DNA of 64,000 nucleotides, taken from positions 134,171-198,170 of the forward strand of contig JAYUJN010000001.1 of NCBI GenBank assembly GCA_043765195.1, read 5' to 3'. Origin of the DNA: Bacteroidota bacterium. GTDB taxonomy: Bacteria; Bacteroidota; Bacteroidia; UBA7662; JAYUJN01. Made by a program: the position numbers and the translations under genes. Of this stretch, positions 56,283 to 64,000 are shown piece by piece (the first letter of the stretch is position 1; every line of letters starts with the position of its first letter). The notes beneath the pieces were generated by a model. It was not told the origin of the DNA, did not search any database, and saw nothing but the letters and a program-made list of their open reading frames with translations.

Positions 56283-57965
56283 TTACCAATCTATACCAAG
56301 CCCAAAGGTTTTTTGGAGCGCAATTAAATCGGGGTTTTGCAACGCCATTTCTTTATAAATATCGTTGGGTTTAAGCGGCTCTACTTGCTGCGACTGTGCG
56401 GCTTCGTTGAGTACAAAACCCAGCCCCACGGCTACGTTGAGTTTGGCTTTTAAACCTTCGGCTATCTCGGCTCTATGTTCGTCGAGCAGGGCTTTTTCTA
56501 CGGTATTCACCACTTCTATTTCTATGCAATTGTCGGTTATTTGCGGTATTTGCCTGTTTAAAATGGCATAAATAGACGGTTTTCGTTCTTTTACCTGTGC
56601 CGAAAACGTGTACCAAGCCGCCTCAAAGTTTGCTTGCGTGGCTTTTTCGGTGGATAGTGGCACAGCAGCCAGTTCGGGGCTGCTCTGCTGGGCTACGGCA
56701 TTAATATTAGGTTCTACCTTGTTTTTTTGGAGCAAATAACTGCCCGCTGCGTTCTTTGCCGCTGGCTGCGGCGTATAGCTAACCGCCACTTCTTGCACCA
56801 CTTCTTGCACCGCATTTTGGGTGCTATTGGTCGTCAGTTTTTTTTTTTCGGGTTGGGCTTGTGGCAGCTCCGACAGCAAATAAGCCGCATTTAAGTAGCA
56901 GATTTTCATCAGTGCCAGCTCCACATGAAAGCGTATGTTTTTTACATTTCGGTGGTTTACCTCAAACTGGTTGCACACATTGAGCGTGGCGAGCAGCCAC
57001 TCCACGCCTATTTGGCTGCCTTGCTCCACGCATTTTTGGCGGATATTGTCGCTGGTTTCGAGCAGTACGGCGGTTTGGGGTTTGCTGGCAAGCAACAAAT
57101 TACGGAAATGCTCGGCGATGCCCACCAAAAAGTTTAGCGGCTCAAAACCACGCTGCACCACCTTGCTAAATTGCAGCAAAACCTCGGGCAGCTTGCCCGT
57201 GTGCAGGCTTTGGGTGATGGTATAATAGGTATCAAAGTCGATGATGCTCAAATTTTCGGCAACAGCGGCATAGGTCAGGTTGGCGTTGGTAAAGCTAACC
57301 ATTTGGTCGAAAACACTGAGCGCATCTCGCAAACCGCCGTCGGCTTTTTGGGCAATGGCAAAAAGCGCATCTGGCTCAAAGGCGATGTTTTCTTTCTCAC
57401 AAATTTCGGCAAGATGCCGTGCTATGTCGTCTGTTTTGATGCGGTTGAACTCGAAAATTTGGCATCGGGACAAAATAGTGGGTAAAATTTTGTGCTTTTC
57501 GGTGGTAGCCAAAATAAAAATGGCGTAGGGCGGCGGTTCTTCCAGGGTTTTCAAAAACGCATTGAAAGCCGCCGTACTAAGCATGTGCACCTCGTCTATG
57601 ATATACACCTTGTGCGTGCCCACCTGCGGCGCAAAGCGCACTTGCTCCACCAAACTGCGTATGTCATCTACGGAGTTGTTGCTGGCTGCATCTAACTCAA
57701 ACACATTTAGGGCGGTTTCTTGGTCAAAAACGCCATACTCGCCCGATGCCAGCGCCGCTATGGGGTCGGGCATATTTATTATTTTTGCCAAAATACGGGC
57801 GCACGTAGTTTTGCCCACGCCTCTGGGTCCACAAAACAAAAAGGCTTGCGCCAGCTTGTTGGCTTTTATGGCATTTTGCAGGGTAGTAGTGATGTGCTGC
57901 TGCCCCACCACACTCTCAAAGGTTTGAGGACGATATTTACGTGATGATACTAAAAAGTTTTGCAT
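56283..57965 (-). CDS. dnaX: DNA polymerase III subunit gamma/tau
   Basis: RKYRPQTFESVVGQQHI, Walker A GPRGVGKTTCARI, IIDEVHMLS and the sensor SRCQ are present. Confidence 0.95.
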   Translation of the reverse strand: MQNFLVSSRKYRPQTFESVVGQQHITTTLQNAIKANKLAQAFLFCGPRGVGKTTCARILAKIINMPDPIAALASGEYGVFDQETALNVFELDAASNNSVDDIRSLVEQVRFAPQVGTHKVYIIDEVHMLSTAAFNAFLKTLEEPPPYAIFILATTEKHKILPTILSRCQIFEFNRIKTDDIARHLAEICEKENIAFEPDALFAIAQKADGGLRDALSVFDQMVSFTNANLTYAAVAENLSIIDFDTYYTITQSLHTGKLPEVLLQFSKVVQRGFEPLNFLVGIAEHFRNLLLASKPQTAVLLETSDNIRQKCVEQGSQIGVEWLLATLNVCNQFEVNHRNVKNIRFHVELALMKICYLNAAYLLSELPQAQPEKKKLTTNSTQNAVQEVVQEVAVSYTPQPAAKNAAGSYLLQKNKVEPNINAVAQQSSPELAAVPLSTEKATQANFEAAWYTFSAQVKERKPSIYAILNRQIPQITDNCIEIEVVNTVEKALLDEHRAEIAEGLKAKLNVAVGLGFVLNEAAQSQQVEPLKPNDIYKEMALQNPDLIALQKTFGLGIDW

Positions 57966-58079
57966 GATGCACAAATTTACGTATTTTTCGCTTGTATTTA
58001 AAATTATTTTTTAACACATAATTTTTATGAAAGAATGAAAAAAGTAATTAGCTTTGCTGAAACTTTAAATAAAATCAAA

Positions 58080-58661
58080 ATGAAAAAACCATTATTTGTT
58101 TTTGCCCTTTTTGTATGTAGTTTGCTGCAAGCCCACCAAGCCGCAGCACAATACAAGTATTTTGTAACTGGTAGCTACCAAAATTATATCTACAAGAGTG
58201 ATTATAATGCTTCCACAAGTGTAACGAACACATTAAGCCCAACGATTGGTTACCAGTTAAACGAAAACTGGGCTTTGGGTGCTACCGTTGGAATGACAAG
58301 AGATGTGGACAAATACCGAGATTTTCCGAACCAAAATAAAAGCAGCATAGCACTTGGGCTATCCCCTTTTATTCGATATCAAACGCCAGTAATAGGTAAA
58401 ATTAGTGTTTATTCTGATGCAAGTTTTGGCATATCACGTGTGTTTGAAACTGGCTCAAAAGCAAATTTTGGGCTTATGTTGGAGTCTGGCTTGCTTTACC
58501 CGATTTTACCCCGATTGTTTTTGACTACCTCCTTAGTTCAAGCAGCGTTTAACCCCAAAGACGGGGCTTTTAACCTATATAGTGATGGTTTTACGGCTTT
58601 ACCTGCAAGTATCGATATTAAATTTAATTACTGCTTCAATTTCAAAAAAGAAAAAAACTAA
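58080..58661 (+). CDS. Small outer-membrane beta-barrel protein (copy 1)
   Basis: Signal peptide MKKPLFVFALFVCSLLQAHQAAAQ and alternating beta-strand pattern. The C-terminal segment is YCFNFKK. It is a paralogue of the next gene. Confidence 0.7.
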   Translation: MKKPLFVFALFVCSLLQAHQAAAQYKYFVTGSYQNYIYKSDYNASTSVTNTLSPTIGYQLNENWALGATVGMTRDVDKYRDFPNQNKSSIALGLSPFIRYQTPVIGKISVYSDASFGISRVFETGSKANFGLMLESGLLYPILPRLFLTTSLVQAAFNPKDGAFNLYSDGFTALPASIDIKFNYCFNFKKEKN

Positions 58662-58673
58662 ACAGCACAAACA

Positions 58674-59249
58674 ATGAAAAAATTTATTTTAATAGTATTT
58701 CTACTGCCAAATATTCTGTTGGCTCAAGATGCCGTGGTGCAAAAAAAGTTTTTTGTAAGCGGTGCATTACAAAACTATGGCTACAAAGCCACAGATTTGG
58801 CACAAACTAAGATGTACAATATGACCAACTTGCTATCGGTTGGGTACAACATAAATCAAAAATGGGTGGCGGGCGTTGCCGTGAGTATAGATAGAAATAA
58901 CACCACACGCTCAAACAGCCAAAAGGTTTCTACGATGGCGTACCGACCGTTTGTGCGCATGATGCAGCCCATAAACAAACGACTTAGCTACTATGTAGAG
59001 GGTTCTTTGGGTTTCAAATTATACAACGAGCCGTTGTTTAGAGAACAAACCTATTCTTTGAACTTGCAGCCAGGTTTGTTTTATCAAATTACGCCACGCT
59101 GGGCATTAAATACTGGTGGCAGTGCGCTAAACTATACCAGAACAAAGAGTACGCTTGGCATCGAAGTAACCAAACAAAGCAATCTAAACCTTTCTTTGAG
59201 CGCTTATTTCAATGTTGGAGTGATTTATTGTTTTAATTTAAAAAAATAA
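58674..59249 (+). CDS. Small outer-membrane beta-barrel protein (copy 2)
   Basis: It has a signal peptide and is collinear with the previous ORF (KKFFVSGALQNYGYKA versus YKYFVTGSYQNYIYKS). The C-terminal segment is YCFNLKK. Confidence 0.7.
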   Translation: MKKFILIVFLLPNILLAQDAVVQKKFFVSGALQNYGYKATDLAQTKMYNMTNLLSVGYNINQKWVAGVAVSIDRNNTTRSNSQKVSTMAYRPFVRMMQPINKRLSYYVEGSLGFKLYNEPLFREQTYSLNLQPGLFYQITPRWALNTGGSALNYTRTKSTLGIEVTKQSNLNLSLSAYFNVGVIYCFNLKK

Positions 59250-59302
59250 GTAGTCGTTTTTTGTGCTTGGCTTGGCGTATCTTTGAAAAAAATTTAGTAG
59301 CA

Positions 59303-60454
59303 ATGTTTAACGAATTTTCAGCAAAAGATGCCACCGACTGGCTCGAAAAAATAGCGCAAGAGCTGCAAGAAAAATCCGTGGAGAGCCTCGTGTGGGAGAA
59401 CCAAAACGGATTTTTGTTGCAGCCTTTTTATACCCAAAAAGATACCGAAAGCCTAAAAACGCTGCCCCAGCGTGTGGGCGAGCCGCCCTACCTGCGCACC
59501 AACTCGCACCTGAGCAACACATGGCAGGTGGCATGCCAAGTGCCCGAGCGCACTGCCGCTGCCGCCAACAAAACTGCCATAGATGCGCTGGCAAACGGTG
59601 CTAGTGCGCTTATGTTTGAGCTTGTACCCGAAAACCAACGTAGTTTTAACGGGTTATTTAAAGGCATTTTGCCACAGCACATTGGCTTTTTTTTGGCTAC
59701 GAGTGATGTACTAAGCACCATAAATTTTTTGGAAAAGTTTTTGAAAAAGGAAAAAATAGACCCAACTACGGTGCGGGGCAGTTTGATGTTTAATCCGCTA
59801 CAAAACAAAAAAAGCTACAACAACACCAATCTGGCACTGGAAGACGCTGGCGTGAGTTTGGCTTCGCTCAAAAACAGCCTACCAAACTGCAAACTATTTT
59901 ATATAAACAGTGTAGCAACGGAGCAAACGGCGGCGCAAGAACTGGCGGAGCTGCTGCACACCGCCAACCAATACTTGCACTACCTCACCGAAACCGACGG
60001 CTGGGAAATAGACGAAATTGCGCCACATTTTACGTTTGAAATGCGGTTGAGCAGCGATTTTTATGAGCAAACAGCCAAACTAAGGGCGTTTCGGCTCTTG
60101 TGGGCAAACCTGATAGATGCCTACAAACCGCAGGATTTGTGCAGCAAGGCGTGCTTTGTTTTGGCTCGCACAAGTGTACAAACCACAACGGAAACGGCGG
60201 TAGAAACCAATATTTTGCGCAATACAACGCAGGGCATTTCGGCGGTGCTGGGCGGTGCCAATGCGCTGCTGGTGCAGGCGCACAGCCCCGAAAACCGAAG
60301 GTTTTCGGGGCGCATCGCTCGAAACATACAGCTTATTTTGCAGCACGAGAGCTACTTAGACCAAGTAGCCGACCCCACGGCTGGCTCTTATTTTTTAGAA
60401 ATATTTACCCAAAAAATGGCAGATGCTGCCTGGAAGACTTTTCAGAAAATGTAG
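59303..60454 (+). CDS. Methylmalonyl-CoA mutase family protein (small-subunit-like, no B12-binding domain)
   Basis: AAQELAELLHTANQYL, FYEQTAKLRAFRLLWA, RNTTQGISAVLGG and VADPTAGSYFLE are MCM-family motifs. The protein is only about 383 aa. Confidence 0.8.
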   Translation: MFNEFSAKDATDWLEKIAQELQEKSVESLVWENQNGFLLQPFYTQKDTESLKTLPQRVGEPPYLRTNSHLSNTWQVACQVPERTAAAANKTAIDALANGASALMFELVPENQRSFNGLFKGILPQHIGFFLATSDVLSTINFLEKFLKKEKIDPTTVRGSLMFNPLQNKKSYNNTNLALEDAGVSLASLKNSLPNCKLFYINSVATEQTAAQELAELLHTANQYLHYLTETDGWEIDEIAPHFTFEMRLSSDFYEQTAKLRAFRLLWANLIDAYKPQDLCSKACFVLARTSVQTTTETAVETNILRNTTQGISAVLGGANALLVQAHSPENRRFSGRIARNIQLILQHESYLDQVADPTAGSYFLEIFTQKMADAAWKTFQKM

Positions 60455-60478
60455 CCAAAACCAGCAGCGCAAGCCGCA

Positions 60479-62923
60479 CTAAAACTCTATTTTGTAGTAA
60501 AAAACGGGCAAAAACCCAAGTTGATAATCTTCACGGATAGCCGATGCGCCAGGCACTTTGCTCGGCGCATAAGTGAGCGTGAGTATGTTTTGGGTGTTCA
60601 GCACATTTACCAAATCTATGGCTATTTCGTGGGTAATGCCTCTTTTCTTGGCATTTATGATGTAATTTAGCCTAATATCGGTTCGGAAATAGGGCTTAAA
60701 TTGCTGGGTATTTCGGTTGTTGTCCACAAAAATAACCTCCAATGCCCGAGCAGATGCCACCGTATCTACGGCTCCGTACCACCTGCCGCCCACGCTCGTA
60801 ACCTTGCCACCCACGGAAAACCTCGACTTTTTATTTATCGTAAACTCTTTGGTAGCCAATAGATTAAGGGCGTACCTGCCGTTGTAGTCGGTGTTGCGCA
60901 GCACGCCGTCGCTACCCTTGTACTTGGCATCAAACACCGAAGCCGAAAGCATATAAAAATAACCATTGCTAAAAAAACGCTCGAGCGTAAACTCCGCTCC
61001 ATAGTTGCGCCCAGTGCCTGTGTTCACCAAATTGGTATCGGGAAAAATGCGGGAAAAACCAGAGCCAGCATTCACCATCGAAAACGAACTTGGATATACT
61101 TTTACGGGTATTTTGCTCAAACTTTGGTAGTAAACCTCCGTTTTCATGCGCACCTTGGGCGTGAGCATTCGGTTGTAACCCGCCACAATGTGGTTGCTCT
61201 TGGTCAAGCCCATTTGTTGGTTGTTTTTGCCTTTTGCGTACTCATAAAAATAGGCGTAATTGCTCTGTATTTGGCTGTGCCTGCCCACGCCCACATCAAA
61301 TTTGCTGCCGTCTGCCAGTTGGTAAGTAAGCGCCACACGTGGCTCAAAGGGCGAAAAACTGTTTGAATTTAGGCTATAATACAAAGCTGTAACGCCTGCA
61401 TTTAGGGTCAGATTTTCGGTGAGTTTGTGTTTTATTTGTATGTAGGGCTGCGCCAAAAAAGCGGTCTTTTGAGCGTTCCAGCGGGTGCGCCACGGGCTTA
61501 TTTGCAGGTTTACGCCATCTACGATGCGTGCGCTGTCGTTGTATTGGAGCTGGTTTATGTCCAAAAACGTACCGTATTTTAGGGTCGTTTTGGCACTTAT
61601 TTTTTTGTTTACAAATGCGGTTACGCTGTACTTTTTTTCGTCGAAAGTATAATTCAAAATTGGGCGCAGCGAGTCGAGAACAAACCGCCCGTCGCTGCCC
61701 ACAATTTCGTTTCCGAGGGCATCGTTCTTAAAAAATATCTTGTCGTGGTTGGCGGCTACCACGGTTTTTGAGGCAGAAACCACGGTTTTAAAGTACGTAT
61801 TTTTGTCTATGGCTTTGGTGTAGCTTGCGCCAAGTACGCCCATATTACTGGCAAAATATTGGTCTCGGTCGTTGCTACCAAAGATATTGCGCTCGGCGGC
61901 GAGCTGTTTGCTTATAAGTATGGCGGTGTTGCTTTCGCCCCCAATGCCAAAAAAGGAGAGATAGGCTTCGTTTTTGAGCGGAAAATTGAGCCTAAATGCG
62001 CCATCTTGGTATTTGGGTACGGCGGTAGTGCCTAAGTTCAGCCCGAGGTTTTTGAACAGCGTAAAGTTTGAGTAGCGGTACATGGCTAAATACGACGATT
62101 TTGTTTTTTTATTTATCGGTCCTTCGGCTATGAGGTCGGTACCAAAAAGCCCAAACTGACCGCCAAACTCGTGCTTTTCGTTGTTTCCGTTGCGCATTTT
62201 TAGGTCAAAAACGCCCGCTATGCCGTTGCCAAACTCGGCGGGAAATGCGCCCGTAAAAAAATCGGAGTTGCCCAAAAACTTGTTGTTTAGTATCGTTACG
62301 GGTCCGCCGCTGGTGCCAGGTATGGCAAAGTGGTTTGGGTTGGGTATGTTCACGCCCTCGAGCCTGTACAGCAAGCCTTGGGGCGTATTTCCCCGAATTA
62401 CGATGTCGTTTCGGCTGTCGTCTGCGCCCTGCACGCCCGCAAAATTGCTCGCCATACGGGCTGGCTCGCCACGGCTACCAGCGTAGCGGTCGGTTTGCTC
62501 CACGCTAAACTCACGTGCGCTCACGCTCGCCATTTCGTTCACCGCCTCGCCGTTTCGGGTGGCAGATATTTGCACGCCTTGCAGTTCTATACCGCTTTCT
62601 TCCATTTCCACGTTCAAAATGGTTTCTTTGCCCGAGTTAAAAATGATGTTATCGAGCAATATTTCTTTGTAGCCGATGTAGCTCACCTTAATGGCTTGCC
62701 TGCCTACTGGCACGCCCGCAAGCCTATAATTTCCACGCTCGTCGGTAACGGCAGCCACCAGTTTGTCGCTGTTTTGCAGCCGAATGTTCACGCCGATGAG
62801 CGGATATTTGCTTTCTTTGTCCACCACCTTGCCTCGCATGGTTTGGGTGGGCTGGGCTTGCGCCACCGACCAAGCGCAAACCGCCAGGATAGCCAGCAGT
62901 TTACAGATTATTTTTTTGTTCAT
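60479..62923 (-). CDS. TonB-dependent receptor with an N-terminal carboxypeptidase-regulatory-like domain
   Basis: Signal peptide, a CarboxypepD_reg-like segment (MRGKVVDKESKYPLIGVNIRLQ), a plug domain, and a C-terminal barrel ending YYKIEF. Confidence 0.9.
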   Translation of the reverse strand: MNKKIICKLLAILAVCAWSVAQAQPTQTMRGKVVDKESKYPLIGVNIRLQNSDKLVAAVTDERGNYRLAGVPVGRQAIKVSYIGYKEILLDNIIFNSGKETILNVEMEESGIELQGVQISATRNGEAVNEMASVSAREFSVEQTDRYAGSRGEPARMASNFAGVQGADDSRNDIVIRGNTPQGLLYRLEGVNIPNPNHFAIPGTSGGPVTILNNKFLGNSDFFTGAFPAEFGNGIAGVFDLKMRNGNNEKHEFGGQFGLFGTDLIAEGPINKKTKSSYLAMYRYSNFTLFKNLGLNLGTTAVPKYQDGAFRLNFPLKNEAYLSFFGIGGESNTAILISKQLAAERNIFGSNDRDQYFASNMGVLGASYTKAIDKNTYFKTVVSASKTVVAANHDKIFFKNDALGNEIVGSDGRFVLDSLRPILNYTFDEKKYSVTAFVNKKISAKTTLKYGTFLDINQLQYNDSARIVDGVNLQISPWRTRWNAQKTAFLAQPYIQIKHKLTENLTLNAGVTALYYSLNSNSFSPFEPRVALTYQLADGSKFDVGVGRHSQIQSNYAYFYEYAKGKNNQQMGLTKSNHIVAGYNRMLTPKVRMKTEVYYQSLSKIPVKVYPSSFSMVNAGSGFSRIFPDTNLVNTGTGRNYGAEFTLERFFSNGYFYMLSASVFDAKYKGSDGVLRNTDYNGRYALNLLATKEFTINKKSRFSVGGKVTSVGGRWYGAVDTVASARALEVIFVDNNRNTQQFKPYFRTDIRLNYIINAKKRGITHEIAIDLVNVLNTQNILTLTYAPSKVPGASAIREDYQLGFLPVFYYKIEF

Positions 62924-63136
62924 TTTGGTTTTAGGGTTAAATTGGTTTTGGTAGGCGTAAAGTTAAAAATAAAATCTTAAATTTATGTTTTTATTTCACA
63001 AAAAGTGATTGAAAACCCAAGCAATATTTTTTGGTTGGTGGTAGGTAGTAATTGAGTAACTTTACCACTCGAATACAAAAGGCAATTTGTATGAAATGCA
63101 AAAATAAAAATAAGCAAAAACTTAAAGTAAAATACC

Positions 63137-64000
63137 ATGAACATGAGAATAGAAAGCATCAAAATTGAAAACTATAAAGTTTTTAAAGATGCACATATAA
63201 AAAACTTACCAAGAATGGTGGTTTTAGTTGGCGCAAATGGCTCTGGGAAAACATCTTTTTTTGACGTTTTTGGGTTTTTAAGCGATGCACTACAAAATAA
63301 TGTTACAATTGCTTTGAACCAACGTGGTGGTTTTAAAGAAGTTATTTCGAGGGGTTGTAATCTAGCCAAAGATTTGATTAAATTTGAGATAAAATTCAGA
63401 AATGACCAAAAAGGCAACGACAAACCTCCCCTTATAACTTATGCCATAGCCATAGGTCAAAAAGAAGGCAAGGCATATATCCAGCGTGAAACACTGAAAT
63501 ATAGGCGTGGTGACTCGGGGCGACCATGGCATTTTTTAGATTTTAAAGGTGGTGAAGGTTCTGCAATATCCAATGAAGAAGAATATGGTAAAGAAGGTGT
63601 TGAACAAAAACGCATTAATCAAAAAGTAACAAATCCCGATATTTTAGCCATCAAAGGACTTGGTCAATTTGAACAGTTTAAAGCCGTAAGTGCCTTCCGA
63701 TTGTTGTTAGAGAAATGGTATGTTTCAAACTTTAAAATTGAGTATGGAAGAAATATTTCAGATACAGGCATTTCAAATCACCTTTCGGTTACGGGCGATA
63801 ACTTAGCACAAGTAACTAAATATATGTACGATTATCATAGAGAACTGTTTGACACCATTTTAAATAAATTACCCCAACGCATACCTGGTATAAATCAGGT
63901 AGAAGCAAAAGAAACAGAAGACGGTAGAATTGTACTGCGCTTTAAAGATGAAAGTTTCAAAGACCCTTTTGTGGCACGGTATGTTTCTGATGGCACTATA
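63137..64000 (+). CDS. AAA15/SMC-like ATPase (COG4637-type), 3'-truncated by the window end
   Basis: This ORF is not in the supplied track. Hand translation from the ATG at 63137 is open to position 64000 (288 codons). It contains IESIKIENYKVFKD, Walker A LVGANGSGKTSFF, RGGFKEVISRG, GDNLAQV and VSDGTI. Confidence 0.8.
   Translation, partial: MNMRIESIKIENYKVFKDAHIKNLPRMVVLVGANGSGKTSFFDVFGFLSDALQNNVTIALNQRGGFKEVISRGCNLAKDLIKFEIKFRNDQKGNDKPPLITYAIAIGQKEGKAYIQRETLKYRRGDSGRPWHFLDFKGGEGSAISNEEEYGKEGVEQKRINQKVTNPDILAIKGLGQFEQFKAVSAFRLLLEKWYVSNFKIEYGRNISDTGISNHLSVTGDNLAQVTKYMYDYHRELFDTILNKLPQRIPGINQVEAKETEDGRIVLRFKDESFKDPFVARYVSDGTI

Noticed and set aside
1-64000. Search for tRNA, rRNA, tmRNA, integrase/recombinase genes, IS elements with terminal inverted repeats, and prophage genes
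   Set aside because: I recognised none by eye. The only mobile-element-type gene is the RAYT. A tRNAscan/Infernal run would be needed to exclude small RNAs formally.

Overview
The gene content of this 64 kb chromosomal window looks Bacteroidota-like: TonB-dependent receptors, a bactofilin/AtpZ pair, DUF4126, a long-form PurF, and TAnnTTTG-type boxes upstream of several genes. I support about 57 protein-coding genes, one cobalamin riboswitch, two intrinsic terminators and several repeat structures. I found no rRNA, tRNA, CRISPR array, integrase or classical IS element.

The window has two parts.
- **Positions 1-11,005** form a restriction-modification/defence island. It holds a small type II R-M pair, then GNAT and pirin genes, then a tightly coupled type I R-M operon: hsdM-fic-hsdS-[REP-like hairpin array]-RAYT-hsdR-DUF2130.
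- **The remaining ~53 kb** is mostly housekeeping: LPS-core-type enzymes, tkt, ispD, gdh, ccmC/D, rng, ftsK, purF, dnaX, GH31/GH13 and dsbD. It also contains a B12-riboswitch-controlled btuB plus beta-propeller lipoprotein locus, a nest of small palindromic repeats at about 27.4-27.85 kb, and a degenerate LytM-bactofilin-AtpZ module. An AT-rich right edge begins an AAA15-type ATPase gene that is cut by the window.

The most unusual signal is in the type I R-M operon. A REP-associated tyrosine transposase (RAYT, HUH/Y1) gene sits between hsdS and hsdR, and its stop overlaps the hsdR start. Its cognate-looking 21-nt hairpin repeat has entered coding sequence in several places. It supplies the last 14 codons and the stop of hsdS. 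It is related to a 12-bp in-frame tandem repeat in hsdM. A related perfect hairpin lies inside the RAYT gene itself.

All functional calls come from motif recognition by eye. No database search was run, so family names are recollection-based and the novelty claims are hypotheses.
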